Shown here piece after piece: positions 1 through 10,059 of a DNA stretch of 60,432 bases. The notes under the pieces are model-generated. The model saw only the letters and a list, made by a program, of their open reading frames with translations. It had not been told where the DNA came from and did no database searches. Numbering within the stretch: position 1 is the first letter of the stretch; every line of letters starts with the position of its first letter. The translations under genes were made by a program, and so were the position numbers. Source of the DNA: an uncultured Bacilli bacterium. Its GTDB lineage: Bacteria; Bacillota_I; Bacilli_A; RFN20; CAG-449. The stretch lies in contig CALVJO010000005.1 in NCBI GenBank assembly GCA_944332225.1, positions 1-60,432 on the forward strand, written 5' to 3'.

Positions 1-379
1 GTCGTGCTTAGAAATGATTTATCTACTTAAATTATAGTAAAATTAAGCAATTATTAAATGATTTTATACTATCGAATATAAGATTTGATCTTTATACTAA
101 TTAAAATTTTCTCTTATTTATGTGCTTTTTGCAGTTAATATTTAAATTTAATAAAAATTTGCATTATCAATTTTAATCAAGCATTTTGATAGAAATTAAT
201 AAAAAATACCTTGATAGCAAATAGTTAATAGGCATATTAGACTATTTTGGTGATTAATTATCGGCTAATTCTTATAAAATTACTCAATAAAAAAATACTA
301 ACTATGATTAAATAGATGATATTTATATTGTTTTTTGCTACTCTTCTACTAGAAAAGAGTATTAAGAAAGGAAACATAT

Positions 380-1261
380 ATGAAAGTGTGTATAGTAACT
401 GATTCTAATTCTGGAATCGGAGTTAAGGAAGGAAAGGAACTAGGAATTGTTGTCATTCCTATGCCATTTTTTATCGATGGCGAGACATTTTATGAAGAGA
501 TCAGCTTATCTCAAGAAAGATTCTATGAACTTTTAGCCCAAGATAAGGATGTATCTACCTCTCAACCTGCAATAGGTGAAGTTACAGACTTATGGGACAA
601 TCTTTTAAAAGAATATGATCAAATCGTTCATATTCCAATGTCATCAGGATTATCTATGTCATGTCAAACTGCGTCTTCATTTGCTTCTGAAGAACCTTAT
701 TTAGGTAAAGTTTTCGTTGTTGATAACTGCCGTATTTCAGTTACTCAAAGACAATCAGTTTTAGATGCTTTAGCATTAGTTAATAAAGGATATAACGGAG
801 AACAAATTAAAGATTATTTAGAGAAAGATAAATATAATTCATCGATTTATATCGTTGTTGATACTTTAAAATATCTTAAAAAAGGTGGTAGAGTAACCGC
901 CGCGGGAGCAATGCTTGGTTCCATCTTTGGAATTAAACCTCTTTTAACCATTCAAGGAGCTAAATTAGATGCCTTTAGCAAACCTCGGGGAATGAAGGCT
1001 GCAAAGCAAAAAATGATCGATGCAGTTAAAAACGATATTAAAGAACGCTTTGGAAACGATATTTCAAAGATTCATATGGAAGTTGCCTATACTTGTTCTA
1101 AAGATGAAGCAATTAAGTTTTTTGAAGAAGTTAAATCGATTTTCCCTGGAGCTATAGATTATGTGATGAATCCTTTATCATTATCAGTTGCCTGCCATAT
1201 CGGCCCTGGTTCTCTTGCTATAGCTTTAACTAAAGATATTTTCTCTTCTTTTGATCTTTAA
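380..1261 (+). CDS. degV: DegV family fatty-acid-binding protein (FakB-like)
   Basis: Motifs IVTDS, STSQP, SSGLS, YLKKGGR, IKPLL and VACHIGPG; SD GAAAGG upstream. Confidence 0.93.
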   Translation: MKVCIVTDSNSGIGVKEGKELGIVVIPMPFFIDGETFYEEISLSQERFYELLAQDKDVSTSQPAIGEVTDLWDNLLKEYDQIVHIPMSSGLSMSCQTASSFASEEPYLGKVFVVDNCRISVTQRQSVLDALALVNKGYNGEQIKDYLEKDKYNSSIYIVVDTLKYLKKGGRVTAAGAMLGSIFGIKPLLTIQGAKLDAFSKPRGMKAAKQKMIDAVKNDIKERFGNDISKIHMEVAYTCSKDEAIKFFEEVKSIFPGAIDYVMNPLSLSVACHIGPGSLAIALTKDIFSSFDL

Positions 1262-1269
1262 TCTTTATT

Positions 1270-2109
1270 ATGGTTTTAAACTTTAAAGATTATCTTCCAC
1301 TTATAGATCAATTTAAAGATTTCTATCTATCGAGAAAGCATTTAGTCTCGTTATTTGATAATGGAGAAATTAAGTTTTTTCAAAATGGGGAATCGCTTCA
1401 TTATAATGAAAAAGTTAAAGGGAAAGTGGAGATCGTCTTTGAAGATAAAAATGAGATTATCCCTTGTTCAAAATCATTAAATATAATCTATGAAGATGAT
1501 GATTATCTTTTAGTTTATAAACCTCGAGGAATGCTAATTCATTCTTCAGAGGATAATGATGCCTTAGTTAATTGTTTAAGTTATTATTTTACTCAGCAAA
1601 AATATTTTACTATTCCAAGAATCAACACGCGTCTTGACCGTGACTGCGAAGGACTAGTCTTAGTTTCTAAGAATATTTTGACGGCAGCCTATGTTGATTA
1701 TCTAATTAGAGAAAGAAAAATTATCAAAAAATACTATGTCGCGGTTAAAGGTCATTTTTCTAAACCATCAGGAAAAATGATTAATTATATATCTAGAGAC
1801 CGTCACGAAAATAAGATGATTGTCTCTAATCACGGGAAAATCGCTAAACTATCATATAAAGTATTAAAAACTAGTAAAGATTATTCCTTAGTTGATATTG
1901 ATTTAGAAACTGGAATAAAGCATCAAATTAGAATTCAAATGGCCGCGTCTAACCATCCTGTCGTCGGCGACGATGTCTATGGTAAGGGAGATAAGACGAT
2001 TAGATTACAATGTTATAAGATTAGTTTCTTTTCTATTTTTAAAAACAAGATAATTGATGTTATAATTCCTATATCTAATAAATTGAAAGAGTTATTTTCT
2101 TATGAATGA
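1270..2109 (+). CDS. RluA-family pseudouridine synthase
   Basis: IIYEDD..LVYKPRG, catalytic RLDRD, LETG..HQIR and HPVVGD..YG motifs. Confidence 0.9.
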   Translation: MVLNFKDYLPLIDQFKDFYLSRKHLVSLFDNGEIKFFQNGESLHYNEKVKGKVEIVFEDKNEIIPCSKSLNIIYEDDDYLLVYKPRGMLIHSSEDNDALVNCLSYYFTQQKYFTIPRINTRLDRDCEGLVLVSKNILTAAYVDYLIRERKIIKKYYVAVKGHFSKPSGKMINYISRDRHENKMIVSNHGKIAKLSYKVLKTSKDYSLVDIDLETGIKHQIRIQMAASNHPVVGDDVYGKGDKTIRLQCYKISFFSIFKNKIIDVIIPISNKLKELFSYE

Positions 2110-2404
2110 CAATGAATTAAATCAAAACCAAGTATTAAACGATGAAAATCAACAGCCTGAAAACAATGGTAAATCAAATTTAGATAATATGATGATATCA
2201 TTATGCGTCGGGGGATTTTATGCTTCTCTCTTCATGCCTTTTGCAGGAATCATCTTTGCCTCAATCGCCTTATATCGTTCTTTTTCTAACAAGTACGATA
2301 ATAAATTATATATTTTTCTTTCAATCGCTGTTTTAATATTCTCAACGTTATTAACTATAGTCACCGTGATAACTGCTTTTAATAATCCCCAAACGAGTCT
2401 ATAA
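2102..2404 (+). CDS. small two-TM membrane protein (DUF4190-like layout)
   Basis: Polar N-terminus then two hydrophobic helices; overlaps upstream stop by 8 nt. Confidence 0.6.
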   Translation: MNDNELNQNQVLNDENQQPENNGKSNLDNMMISLCVGGFYASLFMPFAGIIFASIALYRSFSNKYDNKLYIFLSIAVLIFSTLLTIVTVITAFNNPQTSL

Positions 2405-2406
2405 GT

Positions 2407-3222
2407 ATGAATGAAAGATTAAAAGGAGATTTATATGTTGAGCTAAGCATAAAATCTATCGATAAATTTACAAGCAATTTTAATTCAAAGCTCAGCTCAA
2501 AATATCATAGTCTAATCTATATTTTAGATGGCATAGCCACGATTGTGATCGATGGAAAAGAAACATTCGCGGATAAATTTGATTTATTGTATTTTAATAA
2601 GCGTCAAAAAATTGAGATACAGCCAGGTCATTACACCATCTTACAAATTTTATTTGATGGAACCGCGGTTAATGAATTGATTTTTGAATCATCTTTCAAT
2701 CAATTTAAAATCATAAATGTCATCGAGGGAAGTCAATTATCATATGACCTATATAGGCTAGGCCACCTCGCGGATAATAATTCGCATCCTAATTTATTAG
2801 CCTTAGGTCTTCTTTTTGAGGTGTTCTATGAATTAACGAAAGATTCTTTAAACACTAAAGATGAGAAGGTTTATGGAAAACAATATCATATTAAACAGGC
2901 TAAAAGATTCATGAATTTAAACTATCAAAAAAATATCTCAATCAATGATATAGCTAGATCGATAGGAGTTAGCCCTAATTATCTCGCGGATCTCTTTAGA
3001 ACTTTAGATGAAGTTTCTCCAAAGCAATATTTAACTTCTTTAAGGATGGAAAAAGCTAAAGAACTTCTCTTAACTAGAAGATATAAAATTAAAGATGTCG
3101 CGAAGATGGTAGGATATGATAATCAGCTTCATTTCTCTTCAGAATTTAAAAAGTATTCTTCCTTTACCCCGCGAGATTATGTGATTTTTACGATTCAAAA
3201 TTATAACAAAGATAAAAATTAA
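2407..3222 (+). CDS. AraC family transcriptional regulator
   Basis: N-terminal cupin-like region; C-terminal double HTH (IARSIGVSPNYLADLF ... VAKMVGYDNQLHFSSEFKK..FTP). Confidence 0.92.
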   Translation: MNERLKGDLYVELSIKSIDKFTSNFNSKLSSKYHSLIYILDGIATIVIDGKETFADKFDLLYFNKRQKIEIQPGHYTILQILFDGTAVNELIFESSFNQFKIINVIEGSQLSYDLYRLGHLADNNSHPNLLALGLLFEVFYELTKDSLNTKDEKVYGKQYHIKQAKRFMNLNYQKNISINDIARSIGVSPNYLADLFRTLDEVSPKQYLTSLRMEKAKELLLTRRYKIKDVAKMVGYDNQLHFSSEFKKYSSFTPRDYVIFTIQNYNKDKN

Positions 3223-6200
3223 TTATTAAATAACTTGCCGTCTTTATAGATGATTTTTTGAGCGTCTATCATCGTTGATATGATGTTTTGAATTCTAAAA
3301 TATTGGCTATGGTTCATCTTTTTGTAGCCTAGAGAAACTAAGATTAATTTAATCATCTCATCCTGAGATAAAGGCTTAAAGATGGTGATCTGCTTAATTC
3401 CTGAAGAAATTTCTTCATTAGATACATTATCAAGCTCTCTTAAGGTTCCTTTAGGAGCCTTTTTAAAATGAATCTCTTTATTTTCTAAGAAGATGAAATT
3501 ATGTTCTATTGATATTATATTATCTTGCTCTAAAGACGAGACTAAGGAAGGATAATCATCTTTGAAGAGAAGATTGATTTCCTCAGTTTTAACAGGAGAT
3601 ACTTTCTCTAATACTTCTTTAAAGATTTCTAGCTTAGTTTTATTATCTTTATCCTTAATTTCGATTAAGGCTTGAGATGGAGTAAGATAATCAGAGAAAA
3701 TGATATCTATTAAAGGTTTTTTAACTTTTTTAGTTTTTATTTTTCTTTCTTGGACGGTATTTTTAATAATGAATTCTTTTAATTTTTGATATTGATTTTC
3801 TTCATCGAGGAAATAGAAGAAAGGAATTATATGATAATAGGCAAATTCTAGAGAATTTTCGATATAATCTTTGCCTTTTCCAAGAGAATTAATCGCTGAT
3901 TCAAGAGAGTTATAGGAGAGATGATCCACGATGATCGCAGTTGGACGTTTTGAGGAAGGAACCTTGACTAAAATATCAATAGAGCCTTTAGAAACTTGAT
4001 AATTGGTGATTAAATTAAATCCATCCTCTGTCAAGTGATTAGCTAAAGCTTTAATGAAGGTCTTATCAAAGTTGTTTGGAGATAAAACTTCCTCTAGATA
4101 CGCTTTAGAGCTGTAGAAAACATTATCATAAACTTTATAGATGTTAGATAAGAAACATTCACCTTGATATGGTAAAAGAGAATCAAAGTAATCTCTAGAT
4201 GGATCTTTATCGATGATTATGGTTTGAGAACCCCTAAATAAGGCTAAGATTCCTTCTAAGGTAGATTGATTTTTATCGACTAAAGAGAGAACTAAATCAA
4301 AGCTAGCTTCGTAAGATGAAAACATCTTAGATACATCTTTGATATTCGCTAAGAAAAGAGGCTTATTATAAGAGATAATTAAAGGAATGGATTTAATGAT
4401 TTCCTTATAAGGTAAGATTTTTATCTTATCGTCTAAAGCTGATTTAATATAAGGAAATTCAATGTTCTTTAAAGATAGTCCGATTTGCTTTTGACGGGAA
4501 ACTAGCTGAGATTGAATGATATCTTGAATGATTTCTCTTCTTTCCTTATCGAACTCTTCATAGGTAGCTATCTGATGGTTAAATCCATCTAAAGAGAAGG
4601 TTGACGAAAGCACATTAGAGTCATTTTCCTGATGAAGCTTTTGATAATATAAAGCTTTTAAGAAGGCCCCTGGATAACTTTCCTTTTGAGGTAGTTTCAA
4701 TAATTCATCCGCGAGATTAGGGATTAATTTATTTAATTTATTCGATGATAAATAGAAATCTAAATAATCATTAATCGAAGAGAAGTTTTTCGACATGTTA
4801 ATGATTCTAGTTTCAATAGATATTAAATTTAAATTGAAAAAGTTTAATTTATCTTCAAAGAAGAACTCTTTTAAATAATTTAAGGCTTCTAAGATATGAT
4901 TAAAGGCGATTTGGCATTGCTTTCTAGAATCGACGAATACTGTCATTGTCTCTTCATTAAAGTAATCTAAATAAGATGCATCATAATTAAACCCTTTAAA
5001 GTTTAAATAACGAACATTTTGGAAGAATTTATCGATAGTTTCGTAATCATCGATAAATTGATCGATATCATAATGATTATCTTTAATATAGTAAGAAAGA
5101 TCCTTGTTCTCATTTTCAAAGTTTTTAATATTTTCTTCTTCTTTATGGTAATCGTTTAGCGATGAAGCGACATCTAAGAGAATGCCTTCATCAATTTTGA
5201 TGGTTCGATCAAAGAATCCTCGATATTTTTTTATTAATTTTCCTTTAGAAAGAGTTTTTAAATCTTCGTTTAATGCTTTTTGATCTATAGATAGAACATT
5301 TTCTCCATAAAGGGAGATTAGTTTAGTTTTTGTTCCATTATATTCATCAATCGATTTATTAATTTTCTCTAATTCTAAAGATAGAGACTCTTTAATATTT
5401 TCTTTGATTATCGAAAGAGGAAGCTTTTTAATCATCTCAACGGTAGAAAGGATATTTAAAATAGCCTTCATATCTTTCATGTCATTTGGGAAAGGAATAT
5501 GATAGACCTTCTTTAAATTAGAATAGGCTTTTTTAAAAGGTTGGAATTCTCCTTCTAAAGAGATGATTTTATCTTTTAATTCAATATAACCTTCCTGAGT
5601 TAAATCAAGTCTTTTAAATCCGTAGAAAGGATGATCTAAATAATGACATTTTAATTTATCCGCGGTTTCTACAAATGATTTAATCGCTTTTAAATATCCA
5701 TCGATCTGCTCATTAGAAATATTAACAATATTAGGGATGGTAATATTTATTAAAGGTAGGCCATCTAAATTATAATAGTTAAATAATAATTGATTGATGG
5801 ATAAATTAAGAGGTGGATTAGCCATCCTTAAAGTGTTGATCAATCGAGAGTAGTTATTTTTAACTTGATAGAAGTTATCAACAGAAGAATCGATTTGGCT
5901 AGGGCTGAACCGTTCTTTAAAATTATCTAAAAGAGTCAAAGATGAAAGTAGTTTCTTCTTGTCGCTTGAAGAAGATAAATCGATAACATATCTATTTAAT
6001 GAAGATTCATTTAATATAGAAAGAATCTCTTCTCGATCATTATCATCTTGATAGGTTAATAAAATGTTTTGATTATTTAATAGATAATGAAGCAAGATGT
6101 TATTAAGCAAGTGATCTCTAGTCTCTTTTGAGGAAGGTTTAATAGCTAGATTTTCTCTTAAGGATAATCTTTTCAAGATTTTATATTCATCATTTTCTAA

Positions 6201-6983
6201 GTTTAATAAAGATAGGAAAGAGTTATTTAATCTAGCCCCTTTGACTTTTTTAAAATTATAAAATTCCGAGTTAAAATAAGAGATTTGCTTGATGATATCT
6301 AAAGAAGATAATTCATCTTGATGCTTAATTAAATCGTTAAGATAATAATATTTATCAACATCTAAACTAGCAAAAAAGCATCCGTTATTGACTGAGAAAT
6401 GTAATGATTTAACTCTTGTTGCTACGTAAGTTAGATATTCATATAAAGAAAAATTATTTTCTAAAGGGTAGGAAATATCTAAATTTAAGGTGTTTTGAAA
6501 ATAAGAAATCAAGCATTCATTAAGATATAATTCATGATTGATATTAGATATTTGATAATGATCAGTTTCATTGATGTACTCTAGTTTAATAGGCATTAAG
6601 ACTAAAGGAGCTGAGATGATTTTCATGTTTTTATCAATGAAATAATCGATTAAGCCAAAAGTTAAATATAATTTATTGTCCTTAATCAATAAGGAAAGCT
6701 TTTTATTTTGAACTTGATAATCCTCCGCGGTGTAAAAACCAATTTTATTTTCTTGAGAATTGATCTGTTCCTTCTCTAAAAGAGCTTGATACAGGGTTTT
6801 ATTAGTTAATTCAAGATTTTCAATCTCAAAAGTTTTACCTTCCATCAATAAATTAAAGATTGAGGTATAATCAGAGGTTGCTAGTCTTAAAGGAGAAGGA
6901 TTGTTATAAAAAAAATCTAAAAGGTTAGATTTAGTTAATTGTTCCTTTAACTTTCGTTGATAAATTTCAATTTTGTTATTCAT
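3219..6983 (-). CDS. degenerate DUF4011 / SF1-helicase-like / MTES_1575(Vsr-like) / DUF3320-like protein
   Basis: N-terminal SNLLDF, LYLTFGLI and APLVLMPIKL match DUF4011; HPFYGF coiled-coil insert; FDLVL..GILALFRGSQTIII helicase-like core lacking Walker motifs; IDILVK..TAIIVD nuclease-like tail. Confidence 0.7.
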   Translation of the reverse strand: MNNKIEIYQRKLKEQLTKSNLLDFFYNNPSPLRLATSDYTSIFNLLMEGKTFEIENLELTNKTLYQALLEKEQINSQENKIGFYTAEDYQVQNKKLSLLIKDNKLYLTFGLIDYFIDKNMKIISAPLVLMPIKLEYINETDHYQISNINHELYLNECLISYFQNTLNLDISYPLENNFSLYEYLTYVATRVKSLHFSVNNGCFFASLDVDKYYYLNDLIKHQDELSSLDIIKQISYFNSEFYNFKKVKGARLNNSFLSLLNLENDEYKILKRLSLRENLAIKPSSKETRDHLLNNILLHYLLNNQNILLTYQDDNDREEILSILNESSLNRYVIDLSSSSDKKKLLSSLTLLDNFKERFSPSQIDSSVDNFYQVKNNYSRLINTLRMANPPLNLSINQLLFNYYNLDGLPLINITIPNIVNISNEQIDGYLKAIKSFVETADKLKCHYLDHPFYGFKRLDLTQEGYIELKDKIISLEGEFQPFKKAYSNLKKVYHIPFPNDMKDMKAILNILSTVEMIKKLPLSIIKENIKESLSLELEKINKSIDEYNGTKTKLISLYGENVLSIDQKALNEDLKTLSKGKLIKKYRGFFDRTIKIDEGILLDVASSLNDYHKEEENIKNFENENKDLSYYIKDNHYDIDQFIDDYETIDKFFQNVRYLNFKGFNYDASYLDYFNEETMTVFVDSRKQCQIAFNHILEALNYLKEFFFEDKLNFFNLNLISIETRIINMSKNFSSINDYLDFYLSSNKLNKLIPNLADELLKLPQKESYPGAFLKALYYQKLHQENDSNVLSSTFSLDGFNHQIATYEEFDKERREIIQDIIQSQLVSRQKQIGLSLKNIEFPYIKSALDDKIKILPYKEIIKSIPLIISYNKPLFLANIKDVSKMFSSYEASFDLVLSLVDKNQSTLEGILALFRGSQTIIIDKDPSRDYFDSLLPYQGECFLSNIYKVYDNVFYSSKAYLEEVLSPNNFDKTFIKALANHLTEDGFNLITNYQVSKGSIDILVKVPSSKRPTAIIVDHLSYNSLESAINSLGKGKDYIENSLEFAYYHIIPFFYFLDEENQYQKLKEFIIKNTVQERKIKTKKVKKPLIDIIFSDYLTPSQALIEIKDKDNKTKLEIFKEVLEKVSPVKTEEINLLFKDDYPSLVSSLEQDNIISIEHNFIFLENKEIHFKKAPKGTLRELDNVSNEEISSGIKQITIFKPLSQDEMIKLILVSLGYKKMNHSQYFRIQNIISTMIDAQKIIYKDGKLFNN

Positions 6984-7045
6984 AAAAAGAGTATAGCACG
7001 TTTTAAAAAAATTATTAATAAAGTAAGCGTTAATATCGATGCATT

Positions 7046-7474
7046 TTAAGGATAGTCATAACCTCCATTTGGCTCCTTGCATCTTTTAAGTCGATTTATT
7101 CCCTTTTTCATTCCTTTGATTAAACCATATTTATTGATGGCTAATTTCATATAATCTGAGCAAGATGGTTCAAACCTGCAGCGCATTCTTATCTTTTTAG
7201 GTGCGAGAAGCTGATATAGATCAAGAAAAAACAAAATTAAAGATTTCATTCTTATAATTAAAATAAGGATAGATAATAAGATAGGAATTAATATGGTTAA
7301 AAGTAAATTATTAGAATAAAACCATATTAAAAAAGTGATTAAGGAGATAGAAAGTAGATATAAAATTAAATGAAGGAAAACCCTAAGCCAATTGACTTTA
7401 GGATAGGTTAGTTTTCTATCATAAAGAATCGACTTAGGGTCTTTTTTAGGATCTAAATTTAAATTATTATTCAT
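7046..7474 (-). CDS. yidD: YidD-like membrane protein insertion efficiency factor with N-terminal TM extension
   Basis: YQLLAP..CRFEPSCSDY..AI.KYGLIKG..RL.RC..GGYDYP; start reassigned to ATG 7474, which overlaps the upstream gene stop. Confidence 0.75.
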   Translation of the reverse strand: MNNNLNLDPKKDPKSILYDRKLTYPKVNWLRVFLHLILYLLSISLITFLIWFYSNNLLLTILIPILLSILILIIRMKSLILFFLDLYQLLAPKKIRMRCRFEPSCSDYMKLAINKYGLIKGMKKGINRLKRCKEPNGGYDYP

Positions 7475-7667
7475 CTCTTTCGAAGATGAGCATGTAGATG
7501 GTATAATCTGCAGGTTTCTTGAAACATCCACCTTTATGGGTTTCGCGGATGGTTTCCATAGAATGGTATCTCCAACCTTCTTGCGCTTGAGCGTTAATGA
7601 TGTTTTCAAAATAGCTACAAGCATTACCTTCTACTACTTTAGGTCCTTCTACGACTTTGTATATCAT
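7467..7667 (-). CDS. DUF4177-like small protein
   Basis: YKVV..IINAQAQEGW....LIFER pattern; SD-like GGGGG/AAGG upstream. Confidence 0.65.
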   Translation of the reverse strand: MIYKVVEGPKVVEGNACSYFENIINAQAQEGWRYHSMETIRETHKGGCFKKPADYTIYMLIFERDE

Positions 7668-7811
7668 ACCTTTTTCCCCCTTGTTAATTAAATTATATAT
7701 TTAACTAGCGGTTTTTTCAATTAGGTAAATTTGATTAATGTTATTGAATTTATTTTTGTTTAGTTTAAGTAAAATTAATAATAGTATATTTTAATAAAGA
7801 GAGGTGTAGAT

Positions 7812-8759
7812 ATGAAAACGTTAAGTATATGCGCGCCAATGTATAACGAAAAAGAAATGGTACCTTACTTTTTTGAAAAAATTGATGAGGTAATTAAAAA
7901 ATTATCGTCTTATAAAGTAGAGATTTTAATTGTTAATGATGGTTCTAAAGATAATACTTTAGAGCTTTTAAAAGAGCAAAAAAAGACTCATCCTAATCTT
8001 CACATCGTCTCTTTTTCTCGTAATTTTGGCCATGAAGCCGCGGTTTCAGCCTTATTAAAATATTCTAAAGGTGATGTTGTTTGTATAATGGACAGCGATT
8101 TACAAGATCCCCCTGAGCTAATCATTGATATGTTAAAGCTTTATGAACAAGGATTCGATGTAGTAAACGCAAGAAGAATCAACAGAAAGAAAGATCCGTT
8201 TTTAAAAAGGATAACCGCGGAATTATTTTATAAAGTAATCTCCAAATTATCAGGAAAGATTAAAGTTCCAGATAATGTAGGTAACTACCGTCTATTATCA
8301 AGGCAAGTCGTGGATCACATTAATAATTTAAAGGAAAAGAATTCAGTATTTAGAGTCCAAGTTCCTTATGTAGGATTTAAAACAGCAACCATGGATTTTG
8401 TTAGACCACCTAGACTTAAAGGGGAGACTCATTATAACTATAAATCAATGTTTAAACTTGCAGGAGATTCGATTACATCTTCTTCAACTCAACCCCTTAG
8501 ATGGTCTCTTTATTTAGGTATCATTTTAGGAACGATATCTTTTATATCCTTCATCGTATTTTTAATTTTAAGATTAGTTGGATTCTCTACACTTATCTAT
8601 TTTGAAGCGATGCTTTATTCATTTATCGTTTTAACGCTATCGATTGTCTTAGTCGTATTAGGTGTCGTTGGAGAATATGTTGGAAGAATATTAATAGAAA
8701 CTCAAAATCGACCTTTATACTATGTCGAAGAGGAAATTAAAGGAGACTTAGATGAATAA
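7812..8759 (+). CDS. GT2 glycosyltransferase (GtrB/YkoT-like polyprenol-phosphate glycosyltransferase)
   Basis: PMYNE, VNDGSKD, FSRNFGH, MDSDLQDPPE, two C-terminal TM helices, GEYVGRI..E...RP.Y. Confidence 0.92.
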   Translation: MKTLSICAPMYNEKEMVPYFFEKIDEVIKKLSSYKVEILIVNDGSKDNTLELLKEQKKTHPNLHIVSFSRNFGHEAAVSALLKYSKGDVVCIMDSDLQDPPELIIDMLKLYEQGFDVVNARRINRKKDPFLKRITAELFYKVISKLSGKIKVPDNVGNYRLLSRQVVDHINNLKEKNSVFRVQVPYVGFKTATMDFVRPPRLKGETHYNYKSMFKLAGDSITSSSTQPLRWSLYLGIILGTISFISFIVFLILRLVGFSTLIYFEAMLYSFIVLTLSIVLVVLGVVGEYVGRILIETQNRPLYYVEEEIKGDLDE

Positions 8760-10059
8760 TATAGTTAATAAATTAATGAATTTTATCAATGAATCACCTA
8801 CTTCATATAACGCGGTTAACAATCTTAAAGAAGATTTATTAGCTCGCGGATTTATCTATTTTAATGAAAGTGATGATATAAAATTTGCTAAAGGAAAAAG
8901 CTATTTTACCATTAGAAACGGTTCATCAATCATCGCTTTTTCTATAGGAAAAGATTATAAGGGACCGTTTATGATAACTGCTTCCCATACCGATTCCCCA
9001 TCTTTCAAAATTAAATCTAATCCTAATATTAAAGAAAGATCACATAATTTATTAAATGTTGAGCCTTATGGAGGAATGATTGGGTATAGCTATTTTGATC
9101 GACCTCTTTCTTTAGCAGGAAGACTTCTTATTAAAAATAAAAACAATCAGATCGAAGAGAAAGTAATCGATATTAAAAGACCTCTTTTAGTGATACCTTC
9201 TCTATGCATTCATTTTTCTAGAGAAGTGAATACTAATTTTAAAATTGATTTTGCAAAAGATGTTAGACCATTAATTTCTCAAAGTGAGCAATTTGATTTA
9301 TTAAAGTTTATTCATCAAGAATGTAATATAGAAGATGAGATTTTAGGATATGATTTATTCTTAAAAACCACGGAAAAAGGTACTTTAATTGGAGAAAACA
9401 ATGAATATATCCTTTCTCCTAGATTAGATAATTTAGTCAATATGTATCTTTCTTACCAAGGATTCGTCGAATCTAAAGATAATAATCTTATAACTAAAGT
9501 CTTTGCCTCTTTTGATAATGAAGAAGTTGGTTCATCATCTCTTCAAGGCGCGAATAGCAACTTTTTAGAATCAATTTTAAAAAGAATATTAGAAGATACT
9601 TCGTTTAACGATTATGATCTTTCTAAGATGCTAGAAAAATCATTCATGATGTCTTTAGATAATGGGCACGCGATTCATCCTAATCATTTAGATGTTTGCG
9701 ATTTAGATAATGGAGCCTATCTTAATAAAGGAATCATGGTAAAGATTAATCCTAGCTTAGCCTATGTAAGCGATGGTCTATCTTTAGCAATATTTAAGAT
9801 GATGGTTGGAGATAAAGTTAAATATCAACTATTCCATAACAACAATAAAATAAGAGGAGGCTCTACTTTAGGTAATATTCTTTTAAGAACAGTCTCTTTA
9901 AAATCTATAGATTTAGGACTTCCTACTTTAGGCATGCATTCTTTAGTAGAATTATGCGGGGTTAACGATGTTATTGAAATGTATAATACAGTTTCAGTTT
10001 TCTATCGTTCATATTTAAATCTTGATCAAGGGAAAATATCGATAATTGAGCATGATTGA
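8752..10059 (+). CDS. apeB: M18 family aspartyl aminopeptidase
   Basis: ASHTDSP, VEPYGG, RLDNL, DNEEVGS, GHAIHPN, GGSTLG and GMHS motifs. Confidence 0.9.
   Translation: MNNIVNKLMNFINESPTSYNAVNNLKEDLLARGFIYFNESDDIKFAKGKSYFTIRNGSSIIAFSIGKDYKGPFMITASHTDSPSFKIKSNPNIKERSHNLLNVEPYGGMIGYSYFDRPLSLAGRLLIKNKNNQIEEKVIDIKRPLLVIPSLCIHFSREVNTNFKIDFAKDVRPLISQSEQFDLLKFIHQECNIEDEILGYDLFLKTTEKGTLIGENNEYILSPRLDNLVNMYLSYQGFVESKDNNLITKVFASFDNEEVGSSSLQGANSNFLESILKRILEDTSFNDYDLSKMLEKSFMMSLDNGHAIHPNHLDVCDLDNGAYLNKGIMVKINPSLAYVSDGLSLAIFKMMVGDKVKYQLFHNNNKIRGGSTLGNILLRTVSLKSIDLGLPTLGMHSLVELCGVNDVIEMYNTVSVFYRSYLNLDQGKISIIEHD

Noticed and set aside
3219-3222. 4-nt overlap of the convergent AraC and DUF4011-like stop codons
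   Set aside because: A shared TTAA stop overlap is common in compact AT-rich genomes and is not evidence of antisense regulation by itself
7475-7624. N-terminal 50 aa of the 192-aa YidD ORF
   Set aside because: Overlaps the DUF4177-like gene in another frame; ATG 7474 gives normal translational coupling
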